Positions 38,084-47,561 are shown, counted from the stretch's first letter. The stretch is DNA of 63,705 nucleotides from Actinomycetales bacterium (GCA_012515595.1 JAAYYA010000205.1:1-63705); one strand, 5' to 3'. A program made the numbers and translations. Notes: generated from the letters alone by a model not told the origin.

Positions 38084-39493
38084 TCAGGCCCCGATCTGCG
38101 ACTGGCCGCAGACCCGGATGACCTGGCCGGTGACCGCGCCGCTGTCGGGCGCCGCCAGGTAGGCGATCGTCTCGGCGACGTCGACCGGCTTGCCGCCCTG
38201 GCTGAGGCTGTTGAAGCGCCGGGCGAACTCGCGGGTGGCGAACGGGATCTTGTCGGTCATCTCGGTCTCGATGAAGCCCGGCGCGACCGCGTTGACGGTG
38301 ATGCCGCGGTCGGCGACGAGCGGGGCCTCGGCGCGCACCAGACCGATCACGCCGGCCTTGCTGGCGGCGTAGTTGGTCTGGCCGCGGTTGCCGGCCACGC
38401 CCGAGGTGGACGCGACCCCGACGATCCGGCCGCCCTCGGCCAGGCCGCCGGCGACCAACGGGTCGAGCAGGACCTCGTTGATCCGGATCTCGGCGGCCAG
38501 GTTGACCTCGAGCACGCTGCCCCAGCGGTCCTCGTCGGTGTTGACCAGGAGCTTGTCGCGGGTGATGCCGGCGTTGTGGATGATCGCGTGGATCCGGGCG
38601 TCCTTGCCGTGGCGGGCCGCGACGTGGGCCGCGATCTTGGCTCCGGCGTCGGGCGAGGTGATGTCCAGCTGGAGGGCCGTGCCGCAAAGCCGGTTGGCGA
38701 CCTTGGTCAGCGCCTCGCCGGCGGCCGGGATGTCCACGACCACCAGGGACGCGCCGTCCCGGGCGAAGACCTCGGCGATGCCCGCTCCGATGCCGCGCGC
38801 GGCACCGGTCACGACGACCACCCGGCCGGCGAACGGCGCCGCCGGGTCGGCGGGCACGACACCCGGCTCGGCGCCCAGGACCCGCCAGGGCTGACCCGAC
38901 ACGTAGGCCGAGCGGCCCTCGAGCAGGAAGGACAGCGTCGAGGCCAGCGCCGCGCCGGTGGTCTCGGTCGAGACGAGCACCAGGTTGGCGGTCGCGCCCT
39001 TGCGCAGCTCCTTGCCGACGCTGCGGGTGATGCCCTCCAGCGCCTGCTGGGCCGCGGCCGCCTCCGGGTCGTCGGTCAGCTCGGGAGCGGTCCCGACGAC
39101 GATCACCCGGCCGCTGGCACCCAGCGCCCGCAGGGCCGGGCGCAGGACCGCCCGGACGCCCTCGAGCTCGGCGACGGTGGCCACGGCGGTGGCGTCCAGC
39201 ACCAGGGCCCCGATCTTGGTGGAGTATGCCGGGGGGACGGCTCTCCCGTCCTCTCCCGTGGTGCGGGCGGCCGGGACGTCGCGGACGGCCTCGACCGGGC
39301 TCACCCGGAGGCTCTTGAGGGCCTCGCGGGTCGCGTTGCCGGTGGCCCCGGACCCCTCGAGCACCGCCAGGACGACGTCGCCGGTCGGCAGGGTCCGGCC
39401 CCGCCGCAGCTCGGTCGCCTGGGGCACGCCCAGCTGCTTGCCCACGGCCTTGGCCACGGGGTTGCCGGTCAGCACGTCGAGCACCTTGGTCAT
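38084..39493 (-). CDS. Long-form 3-oxoacyl reductase (FabG4-like)
   Basis: Extra N-terminal domain, then TGAARGIG, HNAGITRDK, NYAASK, VAPGFIET. Confidence 0.9.
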   Translation of the reverse strand: MTKVLDVLTGNPVAKAVGKQLGVPQATELRRGRTLPTGDVVLAVLEGSGATGNATREALKSLRVSPVEAVRDVPAARTTGEDGRAVPPAYSTKIGALVLDATAVATVAELEGVRAVLRPALRALGASGRVIVVGTAPELTDDPEAAAAQQALEGITRSVGKELRKGATANLVLVSTETTGAALASTLSFLLEGRSAYVSGQPWRVLGAEPGVVPADPAAPFAGRVVVVTGAARGIGAGIAEVFARDGASLVVVDIPAAGEALTKVANRLCGTALQLDITSPDAGAKIAAHVAARHGKDARIHAIIHNAGITRDKLLVNTDEDRWGSVLEVNLAAEIRINEVLLDPLVAGGLAEGGRIVGVASTSGVAGNRGQTNYAASKAGVIGLVRAEAPLVADRGITVNAVAPGFIETEMTDKIPFATREFARRFNSLSQGGKPVDVAETIAYLAAPDSGAVTGQVIRVCGQSQIGA

Positions 39494-40776
39494 CACACAG
39501 CCTCCAGGATCGCGACGACCCCTTGGCCGCCGGCAGCACAGATCGAGATCAGGCCACGGGAGCCGGACCCCTTCTCGGACAGCATCTTCGCCAGCGAGGC
39601 GACGATGCGCCCGCCGGTCGCGGCGAACGGGTGACCCGCCGCCAGGGAGGAGCCGTTGACGTTGAGCCGGCTCCGGTCGATGGCACCGAGCGGGGCGTCC
39701 AGCCCGAGGCGCTCGGTGCAGAACTCCTCGCTCTCCCACGCCTGGAGCGTGGAGAGGACGGTGGAGGCGAAGGCCTCGTGGATCTCGTAGAAGTCGAAGT
39801 CCTGCAGGGACAGCCCCTGGCGGGCGAGGAGGCGGGGCACGGCATACGCCGGCGCCATCAGCAGACCCTCGTCGCCAGTCACGTAGTCGACGGCGGCGAC
39901 CTCGGCGTCCACGAAGCGCGCGAGCGCCGGCAGGTTGTGCTCGGCGGCCCACTCCTCCGAGGACACCAGGACCAGCGCGGCCCCGTCGGACAGCGGCGTG
40001 GAGTTGCCCGCGGTCATGGTGGCGCCCTCGCCCTTGCCGAAGACCGGGGACAGCTTGGCCAGCTTCTCCACGGAGGTGTCGGGGCGCAGCCCCTGGTCCC
40101 TGCTCAGCTTCCGGTAGGGGGTGACGAGGTCGTCGAAGAAGCCCTCGTCCCAGGCGCGGGCCATGTTGTGGTGGCTGGCCGCGGCCAGCTCGTCCTGGGC
40201 CTCGCGGGTGATCTCCCACTCCTTGGCGGTGCGGGCCTGGTGCTCGCCCATCGACAGGCCGGTGCGCGGCTCGGAGTTGCGGGGCGTCTCCGGGGCGAGG
40301 TCGCCCGGGCGGATCGAGGCGAACGCCTGGATCCGCTGCGAGGCGCTCTTGGCGTGGTTGGCCTTGAGCAGGGCGCGACGCAGCCCCTCGCCGACGGCGA
40401 TCGGGGCATCGCTGGCGCTGTCGACGCCGCCGGCGATGGCGCTGTCGATCTGGCCGAGCTGGATCTTGTTGGCGACCTGGATCACGGCCTCCAGGCCCGT
40501 GCCGCAGGCCTGCTGGAGGTCGTATGCGGGTGTGGTCGGGTCGAGCGCGGAGCCGAGCACCGTCTCGCGGGTCAGGTTGAAGTCGCGGCTGTGCTTGAGC
40601 ACGGCCCCGGCGGCCACCTCCCCCACCCGCTGGCCGGACAGGCCGAAGCGGGCGATCAGCCCGTCCAGCGCGGCGGTCAGCATGTCCTGGTTGGACGCGG
40701 ACGCGTAGGCCCCGCCGGCCTTGCCGAACGGGATGCGGTTGCCGCCGACGATCACGGCGTTGCGGGCTTGAGCCAT
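39493..40776 (-). CDS. Acetyl-CoA acyltransferase (thiolase, FadA2-like)
   Basis: QQACGTG, HEAFA, GHPFAATG, SICAAGGQG. Confidence 0.93.
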   Translation of the reverse strand: MAQARNAVIVGGNRIPFGKAGGAYASASNQDMLTAALDGLIARFGLSGQRVGEVAAGAVLKHSRDFNLTRETVLGSALDPTTPAYDLQQACGTGLEAVIQVANKIQLGQIDSAIAGGVDSASDAPIAVGEGLRRALLKANHAKSASQRIQAFASIRPGDLAPETPRNSEPRTGLSMGEHQARTAKEWEITREAQDELAAASHHNMARAWDEGFFDDLVTPYRKLSRDQGLRPDTSVEKLAKLSPVFGKGEGATMTAGNSTPLSDGAALVLVSSEEWAAEHNLPALARFVDAEVAAVDYVTGDEGLLMAPAYAVPRLLARQGLSLQDFDFYEIHEAFASTVLSTLQAWESEEFCTERLGLDAPLGAIDRSRLNVNGSSLAAGHPFAATGGRIVASLAKMLSEKGSGSRGLISICAAGGQGVVAILEAV

Positions 40777-40884
40777 CGGGCACTCCTGTGTGGGGATGGT
40801 GTGACACGCCATGTGAGTGACACGACGAAGAATATCCGATACCGAGAGTAGCAGGTACGCCGGGTACTAGGTACTGTGTCCTCT

Positions 40885-41583
40885 ATGAGCACCCGCACCG
40901 ACGGCCGGGACACCCGGTGGGCCCAGCACCGGGCGCAGCGACGCCGCGAGCTCGTCGAGGCCGCGCTGCGCGCGATCCGACACCACGGACCCGGGGTCGG
41001 CATGGACGAGATCTCCGCCGAGGCAGGCACCAGCAAGACCGTGGTCTACCGCCACTTCCGGGACCGCACGGGGCTCTACGCGGCCGTCGTCGAGTCCGTC
41101 GACCAGCGCATCCTGGACAGCCTGCACGCGGCGACGGCGGGACGCGACCCCGCCTCGGAGCACCCGCTGGCCATGGTCGGGCCGATGGTCGACGCCTTCC
41201 TGCAGCTGGTCGAGAAGGACCCCGAGATCTACCGCTTCGTGGTCAACCGCCCCCTGGTCGACGGCCCCGTCGAGGACGACCCCGTCGCCGGCCTCGCGGA
41301 CCGGATCGGCGCGCAGGTCTCCCGGGCCCTCAAGGCCCACCTGGAGCGCCAGGGGCGAGACGCCTCGTGCGCGCCGACCTGGGGCCACGGACTGGTCGGC
41401 TTCGTCCGCGCCGCCGCCGACCAGTGGCTCAGCTCGGACATGGCCCGCCCGCGGAGCGCGGTCGTCGCGGACGTGACCACCCTCTTCGCCCCCGCCCTGG
41501 CCGCGACCGGCACCACGGCATACGACCCGGCCGCCACCCACACCACCCACGCACCGACCCACACTGAGGACACAGACTCATGA
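40885..41583 (+). CDS. TetR family regulator
   Basis: GMDEISAEAGTSKTVVYRHF HTH; ATG 7 nt after TACTGT. Confidence 0.88.
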   Translation: MSTRTDGRDTRWAQHRAQRRRELVEAALRAIRHHGPGVGMDEISAEAGTSKTVVYRHFRDRTGLYAAVVESVDQRILDSLHAATAGRDPASEHPLAMVGPMVDAFLQLVEKDPEIYRFVVNRPLVDGPVEDDPVAGLADRIGAQVSRALKAHLERQGRDASCAPTWGHGLVGFVRAAADQWLSSDMARPRSAVVADVTTLFAPALAATGTTAYDPAATHTTHAPTHTEDTDS

Positions 41584-43595
41584 GCACCCAGACAGACACT
41601 GCCTTCGAGGCCGCCGTCGAGGCGACCCTCGGCCGCGACCAGACCGCCCGGGGATACACGGGGTCCGACGCGGCCGGGGAGCAGATCACGCCGCTGGGCG
41701 CCAGCCTGCGGGCCGCGACGGACGGGACCTTCGCGCAGGTGCGCCGCGAGCTGCGCACGACGCTCGCGGCCGGGGACTTCCTGCGCGACCCGTCGCTGAG
41801 CGTCGACGAGGCCCGCGCCTGGACGAGCAACGCCCTGCAGGGCATCGTCGACGCGGGGCACGGCGGCGCCGGCTTCCCGACGTCCGTCGGCGGTGACGGC
41901 CTCGTCGCCAGCTCGGTCGTCAACTTCGAGATGATCGCGCTGGCCGACCTGTCCCTGACGGTCAAGGTCGGCGTGCACTTCGGGCTGTTCGGCGGGGCGA
42001 TCTCCAACCTGGGCACCGAGGAGCAGATCCAGGAGTTCGCGCCGCAGGTGATGAACCTGCAGCTGCCCGGGTGCTTCGCGATGACCGAGGTCGGGCACGG
42101 CAGCGACGTGCAGTCCCTGGAGACCACCCTCACCTACGACGCCGACACCGACGAGATCGTGGTCCACTCCCCCACGCCGTCGGCCACCAAGACCTACATC
42201 GGCAACGCCGCCGCGGACGGCCGGATGGCCGCGGTCTTCGGCCAGCTCGAGGTCGCTGGCAGCGACCACGGCATCCACGTCGTGCTGGTCCCGCTGCGGG
42301 ACGACTCCGGCGCCGCCCTCCCCGGCGTCACCATCGGGGACAACGGCGCCAAGGGCGGCCTGGACGGGGTGGACAACGGAACGCTGGCCTTCGACCAGGT
42401 CCGGGTGCCGCGCACCATGCTGCTCAGCCGCTACGGCGGAGTGACCGCCGAGGGCACCTACGAGTCCCCCATCGAGAACCCCAACCGTCGCTTCTTCACC
42501 ATGCTGGGGACGCTGGTCCGGGGCCGCATCTGCGTCGGCGGCGCCAGCGCCCAGGCGGCCCGCAAGGCCCTGTCGATCGCGACGCGCTACAGCCTGCAGC
42601 GCCGCCAGTTCGAGGCGCCGGGCCGCGAGGAGGAGGTGCTGCTCCTGGACTACCTGGCGCACCAGCGCAAGCTGCTGCCCGCGATCGCGACCGCCTACGC
42701 CCTGGCCTTCGCCCAGAACGAGCTGGTCGACACCCTGGAGTCGGTGCAGTCCAAGCCGGTCGGTGAGCGCGACCAGACCGCCCAGCGGGAGCTCGAGACG
42801 CGGGCCGCCGGACTCAAGGCCGTCAGCACGCGCTTCGCCAACGACGTGATCCAGGTCTGCCGCGAGGCCTGCGGTGGTGCGGGCTACATGGCCGAGAACG
42901 GCCTGACCGAGCTGCGCCGCGACGCCGACGTCTTCGCCACCTTCGAGGGCGACAACACGGTCCTCCTGCAGCTCCTGGCGAAGGGGCTGCTCACCAACTA
43001 CAAGGAGATGTGGGGCGACCTGGACATGCTCGGCATGGTGCAGGCCGCGGCCCGCACCTTCACCGGCACGGTCATCGAGCGCACCGCCGCCCGGCCGGCG
43101 ATCGAGCGGATCATGGCCACCGCCCAGCGCCGGCCCGACGCCGAGACGGTGCTCGAGCGCGCCTGGCACGTGACGATGTTCGAGGAGCGCGAGCAGCACG
43201 TGCTGGACAGCCTGGCCCAGCGGCTGCGGACGGCCGGCAAGGACGAGTCCCGTGCCTTCGAGGCGTTCAACGCCACGCAGGACCACCTGCTGCTCGCGGC
43301 CCGGACCCACATGGACCGGGTGATCCTGGAGGCGTTCATCGCCGGCATCGACGCCTGCGAGGACGAGGAGACCGCCGCGGTGCTCAACAAACTCTGCGAC
43401 CTCTACGTCCTGGAGAACCTCGCCGCCGACCGCGGCTGGTTCCAGGAGCACGGCCGGATGTCGACGGCCCGGGCCAAGGCGATCGTCCCGGCCCTCAACC
43501 AGCTGTGCCAGGAGCTGCGGCCCCTGGCGCTCCCCCTCGTCGAGGGGATGGGCGTCCCGGTGCAACTGCTGCAGTCGGCGATGCTCGAGGACTGA
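41580..43595 (+). CDS. Acyl-CoA oxidase / dehydrogenase
   Basis: GCFAMTEVGHGSDV, KTYIGN, DGVDNG, CREACGGAGY, TFEGDNTVL. Confidence 0.9.
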   Translation: MSTQTDTAFEAAVEATLGRDQTARGYTGSDAAGEQITPLGASLRAATDGTFAQVRRELRTTLAAGDFLRDPSLSVDEARAWTSNALQGIVDAGHGGAGFPTSVGGDGLVASSVVNFEMIALADLSLTVKVGVHFGLFGGAISNLGTEEQIQEFAPQVMNLQLPGCFAMTEVGHGSDVQSLETTLTYDADTDEIVVHSPTPSATKTYIGNAAADGRMAAVFGQLEVAGSDHGIHVVLVPLRDDSGAALPGVTIGDNGAKGGLDGVDNGTLAFDQVRVPRTMLLSRYGGVTAEGTYESPIENPNRRFFTMLGTLVRGRICVGGASAQAARKALSIATRYSLQRRQFEAPGREEEVLLLDYLAHQRKLLPAIATAYALAFAQNELVDTLESVQSKPVGERDQTAQRELETRAAGLKAVSTRFANDVIQVCREACGGAGYMAENGLTELRRDADVFATFEGDNTVLLQLLAKGLLTNYKEMWGDLDMLGMVQAAARTFTGTVIERTAARPAIERIMATAQRRPDAETVLERAWHVTMFEEREQHVLDSLAQRLRTAGKDESRAFEAFNATQDHLLLAARTHMDRVILEAFIAGIDACEDEETAAVLNKLCDLYVLENLAADRGWFQEHGRMSTARAKAIVPALNQLCQELRPLALPLVEGMGVPVQLLQSAMLED

Positions 43596-43638
43596 GGGGC
43601 CGTATGACGGGTGGTCCGGTGCCGCGGCCGGGTCACCC

Positions 43639-43782
43639 GTGACCATCGGTCCACGTGCACGCATCGTTCGCGCCAGGTCGCGCACCCGCCGTGAACCATT
43701 GGTCCACGTGCACGCATCGTTCGCGCCAGGTCGCGCACCCGCCGTGAACCATCGGTCCACGTGCACGCGTCGTTCGCACCAG
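43639..43782 (-). repeat. Family C 53-bp tandem repeat, about 2.7 units
   Basis: ACCATYGGTCCACGTGCACGC.. at 43642, 43695, 43748; reverse complement aligns with the 36377 array. Confidence 0.9.
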
Positions 43783-43793
43783 ACCGTGGGTGG

Positions 43794-44597
43794 TCACCCG
43801 GTGAGCGCGGAGATGCTGTTGACGAGGGTGTAGCCGGCGACGGCGACCAGGAAGACCGCGAACCCCCGGCTGAGCCGCTGCGGACGCAGGCGCGCGCTGA
43901 GCCGACCGGCCACGAGGCTCGCCGCGACCGCCGAGGGCACGAAGGCCAGGATCAGCGGCCAGTCGAGTGCCACCGGGCCGGCGGCGCGGGTCACGAGCCC
44001 AACCAGGCTGGTGATCGCCAGGACCAGCAGGGAGGTGCCCACCGCACGCCGCAGCGGGAGCCCGAGCAGCAGGGTCAGGGCGGGCACGATCGCGAAGCCG
44101 CCGCCCACCCCGAAGAAGCCGGTGAGCCAGCCGATGCCCGTGGCGACGAGCGCCACCCGGGCCGCCCGGCGGCGGTCCAGGTGGAACGGCCGCAGCTGCA
44201 GCCACTGCCGGGCCACCTCGGTGGGCTCCGGCCTGCCTCCACGCGTCCACATCAGCCAGGCGACCAGCACCAGGAGGACGGCGAAGAGCACCATCAGCAG
44301 GTCGCCGTCCACGACGAGGGCCATCCGGGCGCCGACGACCGCGCCGATGATGCTGAGGGCGCCGAAGGCCAGGCCGTCGGTGACGTTGACCAGTCCCGCG
44401 CGGCCGTACTGCAGCGCACCGACGATGGCGGTCACCCCCACGACGACCAGGGAGGTCGTCGTGGCCTCGAGGGGCGGCTGGTCCAGCAGGTAGACCAGGG
44501 CGGGCACCGCGACGATCGCTCCGCCGCCCCCGAGCGACCCCATGACGGCGCCGACCACGAGGCCGACGAGGACGGCGAGGACGATCTCGGTCAGCAT
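43794..44597 (-). CDS. TauE/SafE family (sulfite exporter-like) membrane protein
   Basis: LGGGGAIVAVP and FFGVGGGFAIVP repeats, AVGTSL. Confidence 0.88.
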   Translation of the reverse strand: MLTEIVLAVLVGLVVGAVMGSLGGGGAIVAVPALVYLLDQPPLEATTTSLVVVGVTAIVGALQYGRAGLVNVTDGLAFGALSIIGAVVGARMALVVDGDLLMVLFAVLLVLVAWLMWTRGGRPEPTEVARQWLQLRPFHLDRRRAARVALVATGIGWLTGFFGVGGGFAIVPALTLLLGLPLRRAVGTSLLVLAITSLVGLVTRAAGPVALDWPLILAFVPSAVAASLVAGRLSARLRPQRLSRGFAVFLVAVAGYTLVNSISALTG

Positions 44598-44626
44598 CGC
44601 CGCACCGGTCGGGTCCCGGCACAGCA

Positions 44627-44659
44627 CGACGGGTGCCGCCTCAGTGGCGGCACCCGTCG
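44627..44659 (-). terminator. Hairpin after rocD
   Basis: Perfect 14-bp stem CGACGGGTGCCGCC-TCAGT-GGCGGCACCCGTCG. Confidence 0.65.
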
Positions 44660-44690
44660 CATGCTCGCGCGCCCGTCGTCAGCCGACGGC

Positions 44691-45920
44691 TCAGGCGTTG
44701 GCGTCGGCCAGCACCGCTGCGAGTGCGTCGGTGACCTGACGCAGCTCGGCCTCGGTGATCGTCAGCGGCGGGGCCAGCCGGATCGTCGAGCCGTGGGTGT
44801 CCTTGGCCAGGACGCCCTTCTTGGCCAGGCCCTTGCAGGCGTCCTTGCCGGACATCAGGGCGGGGTCGATGTCGATGCCGGCCCACAGGCCGCGCACCCG
44901 GACGCTCTCGACGCCCTTGCCGATCAGCGCCTCGAGCTCCTCACGGAAGACGGGCTCCAGGTCGGCGGCGCGCTGCTGCGGCTCGCCGGACTCGAGCATC
45001 TTGACGACGGCGTGGCCCACGGCCGCCGCGAGCGGGTTGCCGCCGAAGGTGGACCCGTGGGTGCCCGGGGTGATGACCCCCATGACCTCCTCGTCGGCCG
45101 CGACTGCGGACACCGCGATGATGCCGCCGCCCAGGGCCTTCCCGAGGGTGTAGATGTCCGCCTCGACACCCTCGTAGCCGCACGCCAGGGTGGTGCCGGT
45201 GCGCCCCAGGCCGGACTGGATCTCGTCGGCGATCATCAGCACGTTGCGGTCGGTGCACAGCTCCCGCAGACCGGGCAGGAAGCCCTCCTTGGGGATCTGC
45301 ACGCCCTGCTCACCCTGGATCGGCTCGACCAGGACCGCGACGGTGTCGTCGGTGATCGCGGCCTCGATGGCCGCCAGGTCGCCGTAGGGGACGGAGGTGA
45401 ACCCGGGGGTGTAGGGCCCGTAGTCGTCCCGGGCCTCGGGGTCGTCGGAGAAGCTGATGATCGTCGTGGTGCGGCCGTGGAAGTTGCCGTCCATGACGAT
45501 GATGTTGGCCCGCCCATGCTCCACACCCTTGACGCGGTAGCCCCACTTGCGCGCGATCTTGATCGCGGTCTCCACCGCCTCGGCGCCGGTGTTCATCGGC
45601 AGGATCATGTCCTTGCCGACCAGGGCCGCCAGGTCCCGGCAGAACGGGCCGAGCTGGTCGTTGTGGAAGGCGCGGCTGGTCAGCGTCGACCGGTCCAGCT
45701 GCGTCTTGGCGGCCTCGACCAGGTCGGGGTGGCGGTGGCCGAAGTTGAGGGCGGAGTAGCCGGCGAGCGCGTCGATGTATCGGTTGCCCTCGACGTCGGT
45801 CACCCACACACCCTCGGCCTCGGCCACGACGACCGGGAGCGGGGCGTAGTTGTGTGCCGCGACGCGGTCCTCGAGCTCGATGAACGCTGCGTTGGTCTGC
45901 GGGAGCGGGGTGTCGGTCAT
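44691..45920 (-). CDS. rocD: Ornithine--oxo-acid transaminase
   Basis: AHNYAPLP, YSALNFGHRHP, MNTGAEAVE, FHGRT, EPIQGE, DEIQSGLGRTG, LGKALGGG. Confidence 0.93.
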   Translation of the reverse strand: MTDTPLPQTNAAFIELEDRVAAHNYAPLPVVVAEAEGVWVTDVEGNRYIDALAGYSALNFGHRHPDLVEAAKTQLDRSTLTSRAFHNDQLGPFCRDLAALVGKDMILPMNTGAEAVETAIKIARKWGYRVKGVEHGRANIIVMDGNFHGRTTTIISFSDDPEARDDYGPYTPGFTSVPYGDLAAIEAAITDDTVAVLVEPIQGEQGVQIPKEGFLPGLRELCTDRNVLMIADEIQSGLGRTGTTLACGYEGVEADIYTLGKALGGGIIAVSAVAADEEVMGVITPGTHGSTFGGNPLAAAVGHAVVKMLESGEPQQRAADLEPVFREELEALIGKGVESVRVRGLWAGIDIDPALMSGKDACKGLAKKGVLAKDTHGSTIRLAPPLTITEAELRQVTDALAAVLADANA

Positions 45921-46015
45921 GGAGCAAGGGTAGGGCCACCCGGCCGGGCCTGTGCACCCGGTCCGGTCACGCGGTCGGCCGCCCACTCCGCGACGCCGGA
46001 GCGTCCGTGCCGTGG

Positions 46016-46582
46016 CTAGGACCTCGGCCTGTTGGCCCACAGATCACGCAGCAGCGCGACCTCGGCCAGGTGGTGGATCGCCTCCCGGTTGATGTGCAGC
46101 ACCAGCTCGGCCATCGGGTGCTCCGCGAACGGACCCTCTGCCTCCCCCACAGGCCTGGCCAGGGCCGCGTCGTCGAGCCCGCGCACCCCGGCCAGCCACG
46201 CGGCATACGTCTCGTCGAGCTGGGCCAGCGCACCCGCCGCGGTCCCGGCATACTCCCAGGTGAGGACGCCACAGTCGCGGAACCCGAAGTGCGCGGCCGC
46301 GCGCCCGCCGAAGATGCCCACGATGACGTGCCCGAGGCGCCAGGCGATGGTCGTCACCGGCGCCGGGCTGGGCTCGGGATACTCCCAGTCGATCTCGAAG
46401 GCGCCCCCGCCCGCCGCCTGCGCTGTGGCGCCTGTGCCCCGCGGCCGGATGCTCCAGGCACCGGGGACCGGCTCCCAGAGGTACTCCTCGTCGGTCAGCC
46501 CGTCGAGGCGCGGCCGCGCGTGGTGCTCCCAGTGCCAGGTCAGCTGCTCGATGGCGAGCCCGTGCCAGTCGGTGGTCGTCAT
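46016..46582 (-). CDS. DinB family protein
   Basis: GLTDEEYLWEP, TTIAWRLGH, HINREAIHHLAE. Confidence 0.85.
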   Translation of the reverse strand: MTTTDWHGLAIEQLTWHWEHHARPRLDGLTDEEYLWEPVPGAWSIRPRGTGATAQAAGGGAFEIDWEYPEPSPAPVTTIAWRLGHVIVGIFGGRAAAHFGFRDCGVLTWEYAGTAAGALAQLDETYAAWLAGVRGLDDAALARPVGEAEGPFAEHPMAELVLHINREAIHHLAEVALLRDLWANRPRS

Positions 46583-46658
46583 GGTGCCTCCTGTGGTGGT
46601 CGTCGCACCCACGCTAGGCGCGGGCACCGACACCGGCCCGTCCAGTGCACGCGGGCAG

Positions 46659-46727
46659 CAGCAAAACCACTGCGAGAATTGGTGAGAGGGCAGCAAAACC
46701 ACTACGAAAATGGGTGGGGAAAATGGG
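46659..46727 (-). repeat. Family B 32-bp array, 2 units
   Basis: CAGCAAAACCACT at 46659 and 46691; directly after the tRNA-Tyr hairpin. Confidence 0.85.
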
Positions 46728-46728
46728 T

Positions 46729-46754
46729 GAGGGCCCGATCGAGACCGGGCCCTC
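46729..46754 (-). terminator. Hairpin downstream of tRNA-Tyr
   Basis: GAGGGCCCG...CGGGCCCTC. Confidence 0.55.
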
Positions 46755-46761
46755 CACAGGG

Positions 46762-46844
46762 TGGCAGGTGCAGGATTCGAACCTGCGTAGGCGTACGCCG
46801 ACGGATTTACAGTCCGCTTCCATTGGCCACTCGGACAACCTGCC
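46762..46844 (-). tRNA. tRNA-Tyr (GTA)
   Basis: GGCAGGTTGTCCGAGTGGCCAATGGAA-GCGGA-CT-GTA-AA-TCCGT, long variable arm, GGTTCGAATCC. Confidence 0.95.
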
Positions 46845-46923
46845 GTGAACTGCGGGTGCAAGGATAACAGCGACAGACCACAGATCCGAACCCAGCCGGG
46901 ACCACCACGCAAGGAGCACCACC

Positions 46924-47421
46924 ATGGCCGACTCGTCGTTCGACATCGTCAGCAAGGTCGACAAGCAGGAGGTCGCCAACGCCGTCAACCAGGCCGCCAA
47001 GGAGATCAGCACGCGCTACGACTTCCGCAACGTCGGGGCGGTCGTGGAGCTCTCCGGCGAGTCCATCACCATGAAGGCCAACAGCGAGGAGCGCTGCCTG
47101 GCCGTCCTGGACGTCCTGCAGACCAAGCTGGTCAAGCGGGGCGTCTCGCTGAAGTCGCTGAACTACTCCGACGACGGCGAGCCGCGCCCCTCCGGCAAGG
47201 AGTACCGCCTGGACGCCGCGCTCACCGAGGGCATCAGCAGCGAGAACGCCAAGAAGGTCTCCAAGCTGATCCGCGACGAGGGCCCCAAGTCGGTCAAGGC
47301 CCAGATCCAGGGCGACGAGCTGCGCGTGACCTCCAAGTCCCGCGACGACCTGCAGGAGGTCCAGCGCCTGGTCAAGGGGGCCGACCTGGACTTCGCGGTC
47401 CAGTTCACCAACTACCGCTGA
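46924..47421 (+). CDS. yajQ: YajQ family nucleotide/c-di-GMP-binding protein
   Basis: [46 protein letters not shown]. Confidence 0.95.
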   Translation: MADSSFDIVSKVDKQEVANAVNQAAKEISTRYDFRNVGAVVELSGESITMKANSEERCLAVLDVLQTKLVKRGVSLKSLNYSDDGEPRPSGKEYRLDAALTEGISSENAKKVSKLIRDEGPKSVKAQIQGDELRVTSKSRDDLQEVQRLVKGADLDFAVQFTNYR

Positions 47422-47454
47422 GCAGAGTCCGTGGCCGCCGCGGGGCGATCCCAC

Positions 47455-47518
47455 GCGCCGAGTGCACCGACTCTTGACGCGGACGGCGCGCCTGCCGTCA
47501 AGAGCAGGTGCACTGGGC
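47455..47518 (+). repeat. Family D 64-bp palindromic REP-like element, copy 2
   Basis: About 26-bp arms with 3 mismatches; between convergent yajQ and SDR genes. Confidence 0.8.
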
Positions 47519-47561
47519 GCGCTTCAGCGGGTCCGGGCCCTGGTCCGGCGGCCGGCCCCGG

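Noticed and set aside
40835-40870. Possible TetR operator (GATAC-N5-GTAGC, GGTAC-N5-GTACT) between thiolase and tetR
   Set aside because: Too degenerate to support without comparative data.
46016-46844. tRNA-Tyr, -Thr, -Met or -Trp as integration sites for an island or prophage
   Set aside because: No integrase and no duplicated tRNA 3' end found by eye.
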